Of a stretch of 64,000 bases of DNA, positions 1-13,238 are shown piece by piece; positions within the stretch are counted from its first letter, which is position 1, and every line of letters starts with the position of its first letter. Source of the stretch: Octopus bimaculoides (Eukaryota); the NCBI RefSeq assembly GCF_001194135.2, contig NC_068983.1:16214823-16278822 (forward strand), written 5' to 3'. The translations under genes and the position numbers were made by a program. Below the pieces are notes generated by a model. It was not told where the DNA came from and ran no database searches. It worked only from the letters and a program-made list of their open reading frames with translations.

Positions 1-2085
1 GTAAATATATATACACATATATATTCACAGACATATATATATATATATATATAAATACATATATATGTATATACATATATAATACATATATAAATACATA
101 TATATATATACATACATACACACACAGACATATATTTCTTACAGAGAAATGTTGATTAACAGTTACTTTCCAGTTTCAGTCATGTAGCCTTCATCTAATC
201 GTAAATTATTTTAGTTTTTCCAAGGTTTTTTATACATAGTTATTTGGGGTTCACCTTGTGGAAAAAGTAACTTAGCTGCAAAGTATGCGTGGTGTAATAG
301 TGTAATTTTGTTATATATGTAAAGAAATATCTTTATGGGCAGTTTAAGTTAGATGGATGGAAAAAAATGTTTGTAGAGGTAAAGAAGTAATAGTATAAGA
401 ACAGGAGGAAATGAAGAAAGGAGAGAGCGTGTGTGTATGACTGATTTGAACACATCAGAATCTGATACTCTAGTTATGATATTTGGAGTTAAAATCCATT
501 GATACTTATAAAATTAGTGAAGAACAACCTTTAACATCTGCCCAGTTTGTACGTGCTCATCACAGACAATAAAACATACATTAATAAAACTTTATATTTA
601 GATTTGTTCTTTAATGTTTTATTTATTTTTTTTCCTTGTGAATTTTATTCCTACAAATACTATACAGTTCTCAGTGAAACAGTATATTAAAGAATGCAAT
701 TAATAAACTTAACTAAAGACATGTAAATAATGTCACAAGCGTAACAGGTTTTAAAACTGTTGAGAATGTCTAAAAAACAGTAAACAAAATTCCTCTGCAA
801 TGTCTCTCTCTTCACTGCACCCACCATGAGAAGGATATTTTGGTGAGAACTGCTGAGCCACAAAAGATATCAATTACATTAAATGTACGTTTGTGTAGAA
901 ATGCATACACATACACTGGCACACAAACACACATATAGACATAAATATTCACAGAGATGCTACTATCACATCACCAACATAGGGACCAGAAAAAATGGCT
1001 AGAGGTTTGGTCCAGAAAACAAGAACCACTATGTTAAAGACTGACAAGCTCAGTTTTATCAGAAACATATAAAAATGGACATCAGTTGATTTGTCTTCTT
1101 TATAACCTTTTTTTTTTATATATGGATGGGTTGTTTGGGTTTTCATTTCTTACTGTGATCATTAATTTTTCCACTCAGCACATGTGCATACACACATACA
1201 TACCTACACATACACACAAATGAGGCTGTCATAAATGAGTGAGTAACCAAATGGCAGACACTAACTTCATTCTTCCATTAAGTAACCAAAGATTTTATTG
1301 AGACATTAAAAGCTCTCATACAGCATACCGTTTTGTCAAAGAACGGCTCCTTCACCACCATCTCCCAGACTTCACATCTTCAGCAGTTTGGTGCAGACAT
1401 CAATGAACTGCAGCTGTCTTCCCTACTTTCATTTTGAAATCTAATGGATATATAATCTTCATTTTGTTTTCCCACAATATACACACATGCATGCACACAT
1501 ACACACAAATTCTAACAACACTTTTCAGAAACAAAATTAGCATCTTCCCAAATTGACTACTCAACCTGAATTTGCATGTCATCGCTGTAGATGAAAGATG
1601 GTGGTGAAGAGAATAATGAATCAGAGTAGAGAAAAAAGGGGAGATGGAAAAAAGAAAAAAAAAAAAAAAAGAAAGTGGGACCCAGGTATGAAGTTATAGG
1701 GAGAGGTGGGCATGATGAACTTTAATAAGAAATCTTTCTAAATGGGTCTTTAGCTGCTTTGGTTATTACATTACAACTTAAAGAAGAATTTTCTAAGAAT
1801 GCAAACTGGAATTTTATGTGATATGTGTGTGTGTGTGTGTATAATTTTATTGACAATGACTTAGAAGTTGCAGTGAAAGTGTGGCTTATTCTAACAGTCA
1901 CTCTGAATAAGCTACACCTTTATTGGAACTTTGGGGTTCCCATATAATATATATTAGACCCTACACTTGTATTCAATCATTTAATCAGTTAGTGGTTGTT
2001 TTTATTAATTGGCATTGTTGATCAATTTATAGAAAACAACATATCTTTACTGGGACTTTCACTTTTTCAACATGTGAGTGAGAAT

Positions 2086-2139
<54 letters not shown>

Positions 2140-3779
2140 ATGTGTGTAACTTCAAAAAAAAAAAAGATTCTAAGACTATGTGAAAATCTAAAATTTACTA
2201 ATTGTTATAATTATGTTGTTAAATGCAATTACATAAGGATGTCAGGAGAGGTGGGATGTAGTAATCAGGGGGCATGACTGTTGCTATGAATTTTCTATTA
2301 TCTAGACATACACTCACACACATTCATACATAACACACAAAATGGTGTGTACTACAGAATATATCAACATGTACTTGTGTACATATTATCATGAATGCAA
2401 ATGTGAGGAGGAAGTATGAATGTAAATAAGCATCTGCTTGTCTAATAAATAAGTAAAAAAAAATTAATTTAATATTTTTCTTTGTTTTTGTTTTTAGTAG
2501 AAATTGAATTTTTCTTTTTTTCTTTCTTTTTTTTGTTTTGTTTTTGGCTGTTGCTGATAGACCCAAACGAAAACCACAAGAGTATCACCATATCTGTTTT
2601 TACCCTCATAGAGAAGAAATATCAATTTTGTACAGTGAAAAGCAGATATATATGTATATATCAAACAATTTGGTGCTCAGTAAACCCAGTACAGTTTGAT
2701 GTAGAAAAAAAAAAAAAAAAAAAAAAAGGATTGCAGTTTGCAAATCTCTTTCCCCCCACGAAAAAAAAAGTTTTGATAAAATCGAGCTTAATGTTAGATT
2801 TAAAAAAAAAAAAAAAAATTAAATTAATATCACATGGAAGAACATGAAAGTATAACAAGAAGGATAAAATTGGTTCAAAGAACAGCTTGGGTCTCTGTTT
2901 AACTGATAGATACAGCCTCATAAACAGGACAGCTTTGAATATATGTAGAAACATGGCTTTTGATAAGACAGCACAGAGAAACATACCTTTTTTTTTAGTA
3001 AAACACAACAGGTATAATTATATATACACACACGCACATACATACATGGCTTCATGAATTGGACAGATCAGTATAAATGATGAGACAAAGCATTTTGAAC
3101 AAGATAAGTATGTATATATGTATATATATATATAGCCAGTGACATAAGGTGACTTCATAAAAGTGTCACTATAAACAGTAAAATACAATGTATTATATCA
3201 ACAAATCTTAGAAAGATCTAGAATGATATGATGTCAACAACAAAATATATCAGATTAAGTTTGATTAAAACTCTCAATCAAATTGAAATACGTCAATTAG
3301 ATTCTTAATGTTTCACATGGCATTTTCACAAAAATAGTTTCACATTGTGTAAATGAAAGCTTCATCACATCAAGGATACTGTTTAATTCTGTAGTATTCA
3401 ATTTATTTTTCTTCAAATTAAATGGAATTAAACCATCTTTAAACAAACTGACCTCATAAAGAAAGAATTCTTAAAAAAAAAAAAAAAAGAGAAAAGTTTA
3501 GTTCCAACAATAAAAATGGCTCTTTTTCTTTTTTTTTATTATTATTTTTACAAGCAAAGTTTTTGCATTTTTATTCATCTCTTCCAGCGAAGTAGTTCTC
3601 ATCGCTGTTAGCACATTGCGTCTCACAGGCTTTGGTAAAATAAAATAACATAAATTCATAATCTTCCAAAAACAAACCATAACCTTTAGAATAATTTGTT
3701 TATTAAAAAAAACAAAAAAACAACAAAAAAAACAATAACAAAAAAAACACAGAGACTGAAAGGATATTATTTTTACTGA

Positions 3780-4577
3780 NNNNNNNNNNNNNNNNNNNNN
3801 NNNNNNNNNNNNNNNNNNNNNNNNNNNNNNNNNNNNNNNNNNNNNNNNNNNNNNNNNNNNNNNNNNNNNNNNNNNNNNNNNNNNNNNNNNNNNNNNNNNN
3901 NNNNNNNNNNNNNNNNNNNNNNNNNNNNNNNNNNNNNNNNNNNNNNNNNNNNNNNNNNNNNNNNNNNNNNNNNNNNNNNNNNNNNNNNNNNNNNNNNNNN
4001 NNNNNNNNNNNNNNNNNNNNNNNNNNNNNNNNNNNNNNNNNNNNNNNNNNNNNNNNNNNNNNNNNNNNNNNNNNNNNNNNNNNNNNNNNNNNNNNNNNNN
4101 NNNNNNNNNNNNNNNNNNNNNNNNNNNNNNNNNNNNNNNNNNNNNNNNNNNNNNNNNNNNNNNNNNNNNNNNNNNNNNNNNNNNNNNNNNNNNNNNNNNN
4201 NNNNNNNNNNNNNNNNNNNNNNNNNNNNNNNNNNNNNNNNNNNNNNNNNNNNNNNNNNNNNNNNNNNNNNNNNNNNNNNNNNNNNNNNNNNNNNNNNNNN
4301 NNNNNNNNNNNNNNNNNNNNNNNNNNNNNNNNNNNNNNNNNNNNNNNNNNNNNNNNNNNNNNNNNNNNNNNNNNNNNNNNNNNNNNNNNNNNNNNNNNNN
4401 NNNNNNNNNNNNNNNNNNNNNNNNNNNNNNNNNNNNNNNNNNNNNNNNNNNNNNNNNNNNNNNNNNNNNNNNNNNNNNNNNNNNNNNNNNNNNNNNNNNN
4501 NNNNNNNNNNNNNNNNNNNNNNNNNNNNNNNNNNNNNNNNNNNNNNNNNNNNNNNNNNNNNNNNNNNNNNNNNNNNN
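3780..4577. other. Assembly gap
   Basis: Run of N. Confidence 1.
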
Positions 4578-5044
4578 TTGAAATGGACAGAACAACACTC
4601 AAGAATGGGAGGAATAATTTATCTGGGATCACAATCTCTTTAGAGTGGTGTCATCAAACAGACACTAGGTAATTGTTTTAGGAAAAAACATAATTGGCTT
4701 CAGCAATGGCATACCTCTTTATTTCAGTATATCTAATTCCATCTAGTTTCATATAAGCATGAAAAATGGACATGGGAAAAAAGATAATGTCGAAAATGCC
4801 ATTGATGATGATAATGATGATGAAAATGATGATGAAATTAAAATTAATAAGAAGAAGAACATTATTAATAATAATGATAATAATAATTATGATGATGACA
4901 ATGATGATAATAACAATGATGCAGATGAAAAACAACAGGTAATATCAAAATTCAATTTTTGGATACCAAGAAATGATATCACAACTGGCTGGATTATATA
5001 CCTGGACGTCACAGTTACAGATGTCATGCACAAAGATGTTATCA

Positions 5045-5430
5045 TAGACTTTGAATATCATACAATGCACAAATTTAATAAATTTTGATATCATACAGTC
5101 AGATGTCATACAATTGAGTATCAAACATCATAGAACACACAGGCATTACAAGCTTTGATATCATACAGTAATATATCACACAGAGATATCAAATATAACA
5201 CTACAGCTTTCACAAACTTTGATACCATACAGTAAGATATACATTTGGATATCAAATATGATACAACACACACATTTCACAAACTTTGATATCATACAGT
5301 GAGGTGTTGTACACATGGATATCACATATGTAACACAGATTTCACAAACTTTGATATCATACACTTAGATATCAAGTATATGTAACACAGATTTCACAAA
5401 TTCTGATATCATACAATCAGAATGTCACAT
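5045..5430. repeat. Degenerate minisatellite, about 52-70 bp period, core (TTTC)ACAAACTTTGATATCATACAGT
   Basis: Core GATATCATAC (one copy GATACCATAC) at 5087, 5157, 5221, 5288, 5353 and 5405. The intervening segments are mutually similar. Confidence 0.8.
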
Positions 5431-6337
5431 ACTTGGATATTAATCACGGAGCATAGGACATATGTAATGGAAACAATTCCATATTACGTAGTTTTTATAG
5501 ATTTTTGCTTTTGTTTTTATTTCTGGTTTTCACTTTCGTTTTTCTTATTTATTTGAATTCCACCCCAAAGATTTTTTATCTTGCATCAATATCACATGAA
5601 AAAACAAATGTATTAAAAAAAAATTTGGAGAAACAGAACCTTAATATTAGTAACAATAGCAACAGTTGTTAAAAAATTTCTTATTTGTGAAATAATACTA
5701 TAAAATAACAAATATGTATGCGTAAGTATGTATGAGTGTGTGTTGTGTGTGCTTATTTATGTATGCATATATCTTATATAAAATATGTATATATAGTTGT
5801 AAACATATATATATGCGCATGTATATATATCTGCACATATACAGACATGCATATATAAAATGTATTTATGCATACACACATTATATATATAATGAATATA
5901 TGCATATAATGTATGTGTGTGTATGTGTATATATATATACATATATATATATATATACACACACACATCACACTAGAGGAAGAGAGATTAATTTGATAGC
6001 ATTACATCTAAGACAAAATAAATATTCACCTCCATCAATAAATATTCCATCTACCAGATATTACAGCCTCTGTGTCCTCTTATAAATTTCTCAATACACA
6101 GGCTAAAGGAGTGGACAAAAAGCATCTTTATTTGTGGATGATAAGACAATGTAAAGAGATGAAATCTGAATATGTTTTGACAGAATTATAGAAATATTTA
6201 ATTTCGACCCTGCAGTAGTGGATCTATTCAAAGTGGCACTCCAACATTTCAGATACCAGGCAAGAGGACTTTCCAATAAATTGAATGTAGAAAAAAAAAA
6301 AAAAGAAAAAGAAAATGTGCACTTAGAAGATTGATTA

Positions 6338-6730
6338 NNNNNNNNNNNNNNNNNNNNNNNNNNNNNNNNNNNNNNNNNNNNNNNNNNNNNNNNNNNNNNN
6401 NNNNNNNNNNNNNNNNNNNNNNNNNNNNNNNNNNNNNNNNNNNNNNNNNNNNNNNNNNNNNNNNNNNNNNNNNNNNNNNNNNNNNNNNNNNNNNNNNNNN
6501 NNNNNNNNNNNNNNNNNNNNNNNNNNNNNNNNNNNNNNNNNNNNNNNNNNNNNNNNNNNNNNNNNNNNNNNNNNNNNNNNNNNNNNNNNNNNNNNNNNNN
6601 NNNNNNNNNNNNNNNNNNNNNNNNNNNNNNNNNNNNNNNNNNNNNNNNNNNNNNNNNNNNNNNNNNNNNNNNNNNNNNNNNNNNNNNNNNNNNNNNNNNN
6701 NNNNNNNNNNNNNNNNNNNNNNNNNNNNNN
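6338..6730. other. Assembly gap
   Basis: Run of N. Confidence 1.
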
Positions 6731-7356
6731 ATATCCCTATATAAACTAAAAAATTTCCTCTAGCTATTTTCAATTTTGATAGATGGGGATTGAACAGTAC
6801 TTAAGCTGATTCTATTTGTTGAGTAGCCTCTTCATTTAGTTTTGCTCAATAGACATCATCACAACATATGTGACAGAAGCAGCCAATCATGTCATTGGGA
6901 ATAATGAACTGGTCCAGTACATATGAATATAGTTTGATATAAAATGATGAAGCATTTAGGTGCAACTGGAGGCTTTAGTATTTCTAAGAGAAAAAAAGGG
7001 GGGGAAAAAAAAAAAACTTGTTCTGCAACACACAATTTTAGCCAGCAATTTTTTTTTTTTTTGTTCTAACCATTTCTTAAATGTAAATATAATGAACAAC
7101 TTCTGAAAATGAAGATTAATATCTAAGGAGTTCAGGGGACCAGAATTGCTTGAGAGCAAGATGGAAGAGAAAAACATCAAAATAAATACCAGGTTGTCAC
7201 CAGAGATGGTCAGATGAAAAGCTACCCATATAAAAGGAAATCATGTCCCACTGAAACCAAATCAGCTAATCTGCTGGAGAACATGAAATTCAACCAGCTT
7301 CATACCCCTTGAACTGTAATACCATATACTCTAAAAGAAATGTTGGTATAGTATAG

Positions 7357-7520
7357 TCATCATCATCATTTTACGTCTGCTTTCCATGCTGGCATGGGTT
7401 GGACGGTTCGACAGGATCTGATGAGTTGGAAGATTTCATCATGCTCCAATGTCTCAATTTTGGCATGGCTTCTACAGCTGGATGTCCTTCCTAATACCAA
7501 CCATTTTATAGAGTGTACTA
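7357..7520 (-). mobile_element. Diverged family B copy, reverse orientation (similar copies at about 29125-29325 and 39118-39256)
   Basis: (CAT)n then TTTACGTCTGCTTTCCATGCTGGCATGGGTTGGACG ... CTACAGCTGGATGTCCTTCCTAATACCAACCA. Confidence 0.7.
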
Positions 7521-7964
7521 TAGTATTAGGAGTATATTATTGTAGAGATATCCTCATATTTTATCTCAGAGTATGTTTTCTACTGTAATCTAAACAGACA
7601 CGATATTTCATAAATAAGATCATACTAATTAGTTATTCAATTTGTTACTGATAATTTATCTTCAATATGCGAAAGGCCACTACAAAAAGAAATTCACGAG
7701 TGTAACTGCCAGATTACATATATATGGGTCATATATATGGGTGTCACGTTTCTCTATAATTCTTCTCAAATATTGTATAGATGTATATTAACTCCAGATT
7801 TGATCAGATTGTAAATCAGAAAAAACAAAATAATGAAAACAATGGCATTCAAAATGAAAGAAGATTAAACCATTACATGAATCTGGCAGTGACCAGTTAC
7901 TCTTAATGGCTGTAGATGATGCATATATAAGATTCACTAATTAAAAAAAAAAAAAATGACACAA

Positions 7965-8160
7965 ATCAGCAGCATCATAATCATAACTGTTTTAAGCTTC
8001 TTGCTGGCAGATTGGACGGGTGTGCAATACATCATCTCTCTCTATATGTCTAGGTTTTGTATTGCCTCATCTATGGGGCCCAAATGTCCTGAGCTAACCT
8101 AGTTAATAATTACATCATTTCAACTCCTCCTTGGTCTACCTCTAACAATCAACCCATATA
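7965..8160 (-). mobile_element. RTE-like LINE 3' terminus relic
   Basis: Minus strand encodes RGRPRRS*NDVI (RTE C-terminal GRP..W motif), followed by a 3' end CCCGTCCAATCTGCCAGCAAGAAGCTTAAAACAG and a degenerate (GAT)n tail. Confidence 0.4.
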
Positions 8161-9264
8161 CAAACAACAGAAAAGTCATACACAAATTATTGCCACAAGA
8201 AAACACATGTTTTAAATCAGGCAAACCTACACAAACACTAGGCAAATAGATAACAGCCTGCTACTGTCTTGGAATAATGATCCAAATGATTATTTAAACC
8301 AGGAATTTAATAATGTAAGTGTACAAAATAACAAAAACCTGTTAAAGGTGATAAAATTTGACAATGTTAACACACACAAAAAGATAGGGACAATTTGAAA
8401 GAAATCACCAAAACAAAAATTTTTAAAAATCAATGAAAGTCATTGGATAGGCTCACATACAGAATATTTGTAGAAAAAAAATACAAGAAACTTAAAGATA
8501 ATAGGTGAAATAGAACAAGCTTACAACTTCATCTTGATTTCATAGCGAAAGTCAATTCATATGTAATAAACATCATCTGTTAAAACAGTGTAGTCAATTT
8601 TTTAAGAATGCACTACAGTATGATGGCTAAAAAAGGCTTTGATACTGTTTCTTAAATAATATGACAGACAGACATGTTTTATAGTAAAGATATACGAGAA
8701 TAATAGTAGTAGCTATACACACTTATAGACATTTCACATAGGTAGAGAGCAACACATTGAAGAATAAATGCTAACATGTTTACAAAAACAGTAGGTTTTG
8801 TGTTTGAATGTTAGAGTTGAAGGTAGATATTATTATTATTATTATTTTTCTTTCATTCTTTCTTTTGAAAAGAAAATAGAATAAAATAGAATAAAATAGG
8901 ACGTATGTTTCCATGGACACTTTCTTTCAAGCAAGACTACTCTTTTTAAAGATAATACTTGAAATAATTAACAAATAGGTAATATGGAGATAAAATATTT
9001 AAAAAAAAAAAAAAAATATACCAATTCAGGATTGTTTCTTAATTCTGTAAAAACGAAAATTTAAAAGAGAGAGCAAGAATATTTTTCATTTCAAAATGTT
9101 ATATGGACGAAATTGCACAAAAAAAAGCAAACATTGATTCTGGACTGAATTCTGCTTACCAATAATAGGATGGGAGTGGATCTACAGACTTGCTAAATAA
9201 AATAATATATCAACACCTTCCCAATCATTATTGTTCAGTTAATTATAAAAGATACCTAAACATA

Positions 9265-9322
<58 letters not shown>

Positions 9323-9916
9323 AATATTTATATATTGTGTATAACATATATATGCATATATACACACACACACACGTGAACATCTACATACACATATAGA
9401 CATACACACTAATTTGTGTCAATATCTGAAGTTGAGATAACAGGATAAGACACAATAGGAGGCAGCAAAACTGTACTGTGTCTTTACACAAATTTATAAT
9501 TTAGAAAGCTTACCTCTCACAACCTTCCCAAAATACAATTATTTCATCACCTTAAATATCAAACTATATATCACATATAGTATGTGCTCAGTATGATTTG
9601 GTTTCTTCAATTGTTTACATATTTCCAGAACAATAAAACATTCTCAGATTCAACCTCAGATTTCAGTATATAAAATGGGAGATTTTGATGTGTGTGCATG
9701 TATGCAGTTTATTAAGGGTGGTCCAATGGCCTGTTCCTCAAGAGTTTCCACAGCACACAGTCAGCTCTTCAGGCAAGTTCAACCAGGCCAGTTTTGGAGT
9801 TGTCTGAAGATGCAGTTACATGCCACAGAAGTTCCTGAGTAACAAATTGAACTAGCTTTAACAAACTACTGCACAGTACATTTGTATTGGGTATGAGCAC
9901 TATTTCATACAATTAA

Positions 9917-9962
<46 letters not shown>

Positions 9963-10476
9963 GTGGTTGTTTTCAGTCATGTATGTAAAATAGATGTTAG
10001 AAATTCTTTTGGCAATAATTACGAGAATAATAAAGACAATGATTTTCTGTTTTGTTTTTAATTAAGCCAAAAAGAATTATATGGCTTCATTAACAAGGAA
10101 TGGGAAGTTGTGATATTCATGTGTTTCTGAAATGATAATATCATTTAACTTAACAAAGAATAAGACAGTTTTATTGCAGACTCTGATTGCAGAGAATTTA
10201 TTGCCAAAAATACACCCACTGCAATAATACTTTAATATATATATTTCTGTCCTTAGCATAGATTTTTAGGAAGAAAATGAAAGAGGGTGGGGCAGATATC
10301 TATTCAAAATCATCTTCAGTGAACTACTGGTACTTGCATAATGCATTTTCATCAAATCCAAAAAGAAAAAATACATAGATAATTTTAGCAGGTGTTGAAT
10401 AGCAAGAGGGATGGAACTAAATACAATAGATCATTTAGCCTAGTACTCTACACTTTTGGGTATTCCCTTGTTCTTA

Positions 10477-10702
10477 AATAATAAGAATCCTTTCTTCTAT
10501 AGGCACAAAACCTGAAATTTGGGGAGAGAAGGCTAGTCAATTACATTGACCCCAGTGTTCAACTGGTACTTATTTTATTGACCTCGAAAGGATGAAAGGC
10601 AAAGTCAACCTCGGCAGAATATGAAATCAGAATTTAGAGCCAGAAGAAATGCTGCAAAGCATTTTGTCCAGTGTGCTAACAATTCTGCCAGCTCACTGCC
10701 TT
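10477..10702 (-). mobile_element. tRNA-derived SINE, family A, full-length copy with (ATT)n-type tail
   Basis: Minus strand reads GGCAGTGAGCTGGCAGAATTGTTAGCA (A-box-like) ... CCGAGGTTGACTTTGCCTTTCATCCTTTCGAGGTCAATAAAATAAGTACCAG ... GTGCCTATAGAAGAAAGGATTCTTATTATT. Confidence 0.8.
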
Positions 10703-11581
10703 TAGCTGTTTTAAATGGGTACGAAATATGATAAATATAACACAGACTTTAAATGATAAATTACTAATGTTTCATATCTTGGAGACATTAACAATGATAT
10801 TTTGTTTAAACAAGTGATTTTTCCAGCCGATAATTGAAAGTGGATGTGATATAGGTTTGCCAATGCCAGAAAAATAGTTAATATTTACTTGGCAATATAA
10901 TGAAAGAATTGGGGAGGAACTGACTATGAGAACTAATTGTTGCAGAGAGAGTGAGAGAGAAGGAGATTTAATGATGTGTGTGTGATGCCACAGTAGATCT
11001 AGATTAAGTGAAGATGTAGTTACAGATGAACAGGAGAGAAAGAGAGAGGAGAAGGGATGGCATGAGATATACACACAAAAATGTAAAAGAAAAAAATGGG
11101 AGATAATATGCTTCAAATGTCAGGTACATACAGCAATATATACAGCATTACTAGGTGTTTTGTGACTAAGATTCTTTCAACTTGCATTATTAAGCAAAGA
11201 TAATGCTTGGTCTCTCACACACACACACACACATGTATACATACATATACACACCGGCAAACACACACACACACACACACATACCTTCACATCTTTTAAA
11301 GTGCAATAAAGTTCCTTTATTAGCCATTGGTTGTCACTACCAGAACACCTGCCTGGAGAAAAGTTAGAGACACCACTATGGTACCTACTGAAATGTCTTA
11401 AAAACATGAGCCAATAAGGGGCCTATATGTAGTTGCTTACTAGACTTGCTAGAAATAGCAGCTGAATCTCTCTTAGATCACACTCAACCAAAGAAGGACA
11501 AATAAAAGATACGATGGTTACTGCTGGAATGCCTTTGATCCAAGGCCTGCTTTATCAAGACTGTCCTTAAGACTAAACAAC

Positions 11582-11584
<3 letters not shown>

Positions 11585-11645
<61 letters not shown>

Positions 11646-11680
11646 GGAGAGAGAGAGAGAGAGAGAGGAGGAGGAGGAGG
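11585..11680. repeat. (GA)n/(GGA)n microsatellite; representative of dozens of (CA)n, (TA)n, (GA)n and (AAT)n tracts across the window
   Basis: Direct inspection. Confidence 0.95.
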
Positions 11681-12404
11681 AATGAAGTGAGAAATAGAGT
11701 GAGACAGAAGCAGGACGGTATCTGCCATCTGAAAGAAAAAAAAAATTCAGTTCATCTTGGCCTCAAAGGAAAGCCAATGTACCCAATGAAACAACTTTAT
11801 GATGGTGTAAGAAAAATATTCAAGTGAAATATGAGAAGTCCATGTAAGTGCAACTGTAGGCCCCTTAAGTTGTGGAAAAGAAATAAATTGTTACAATTTG
11901 TGATTTGAATGAGAAAAATCTCACTTAATCATCTGAAACTCAGTACGTCCAAGTACTGATGAGGAATATGGAGTAAATCAAGCCATAACAGTGTAATATC
12001 ACAGCTACATTGGTCTGAAAAGCTTCAGTACAATATAATTGCTATGCCACACATCAATATACCATGTTGAGTAAATGAATACACATGATGTAAGCCTGAA
12101 TAAATGTAAATATGATCATGTAGGTGTTGTGTATAAGAGAGAAAGACCATGCATATTTTCAACATTTGCAGCACAAGGCCACACAATTTTGGATAAGAGG
12201 AAGAGTATGATCAATTGTTTCTCCAGTACTTGACTAGTACTTATTTTCTTTGTAATAGTTCCCCAACACATACATGTGTGTGTGTGTGTGTGTACGTGTT
12301 TCTATACATATGTGTATGTGTGTTGATGACATGAACAAAAATTAAAGCAGTCAGTATTAATCTGAATATATGATGTAAAGAAAAAGACACAATTTAACTA
12401 GTCA

Positions 12405-12620
12405 TGGTGTACTGCCAGTTTCACAGCATTATATAATAGTTGTTTGCCAGCACAGTCAGCTTCTATTTACAAGCAAAAAGAAAGGTTGGTAACTTCAAAG
12501 GTTGCACTCAAATTAAAATTACATCTCCTGAACTTATCAACCTCATTTTTGCTTGTAAATAAAATATAGTAATGCTGACAAACAACTATTATATGATGCT
12601 GTGAAACTGGCTGTATACCA
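12405..12620. repeat. 216-bp imperfect fold-back (long inverted repeat)
   Basis: GCCAGTTTCACAGCATTATATAATAGTTGTTTGCCAGCA pairs with TGCTGACAAACAACTATTATATGATGCTGTGAAACTGGC. The inner TATTTACAAGCAAAAA pairs with TTTTTGCTTGTAAATA. Confidence 0.85.
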
Positions 12621-12672
12621 AAAGTGATTAAATTATATATGTCTTTTCTTATATATATATATATATATATAT

Positions 12673-13238
12673 NNNNNNNNNNNNNNNNNNNNNNNNNNNN
12701 NNNNNNNNNNNNNNNNNNNNNNNNNNNNNNNNNNNNNNNNNNNNNNNNNNNNNNNNNNNNNNNNNNNNNNNNNNNNNNNNNNNNNNNNNNNNNNNNNNNN
12801 NNNNNNNNNNNNNNNNNNNNNNNNNNNNNNNNNNNNNNNNNNNNNNNNNNNNNNNNNNNNNNNNNNNNNNNNNNNNNNNNNNNNNNNNNNNNNNNNNNNN
12901 NNNNNNNNNNNNNNNNNNNNNNNNNNNNNNNNNNNNNNNNNNNNNNNNNNNNNNNNNNNNNNNNNNNNNNNNNNNNNNNNNNNNNNNNNNNNNNNNNNNN
13001 NNNNNNNNNNNNNNNNNNNNNNNNNNNNNNNNNNNNNNNNNNNNNNNNNNNNNNNNNNNNNNNNNNNNNNNNNNNNNNNNNNNNNNNNNNNNNNNNNNNN
13101 NNNNNNNNNNNNNNNNNNNNNNNNNNNNNNNNNNNNNNNNNNNNNNNNNNNNNNNNNNNNNNNNNNNNNNNNNNNNNNNNNNNNNNNNNNNNNNNNNNNN
13201 NNNNNNNNNNNNNNNNNNNNNNNNNNNNNNNNNNNNNN
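12673..13238. other. Assembly gap
   Basis: Run of N, left flank (TA)n. Confidence 1.

Noticed and set aside
4759-5088. 109-aa D/N-rich ORF
   Set aside because: A degenerate (GAT/AAT)n microsatellite explains the composition; no supporting exon structure or homology.
5045-5430. CRISPR-like array (conserved ~26-bp repeat with 35-45-bp spacers)
   Set aside because: The spacers resemble each other (GGATATC..ATATG..AACAC), the period is irregular, no cas genes are present, and the context is an intron-containing animal genome. It is a minisatellite.
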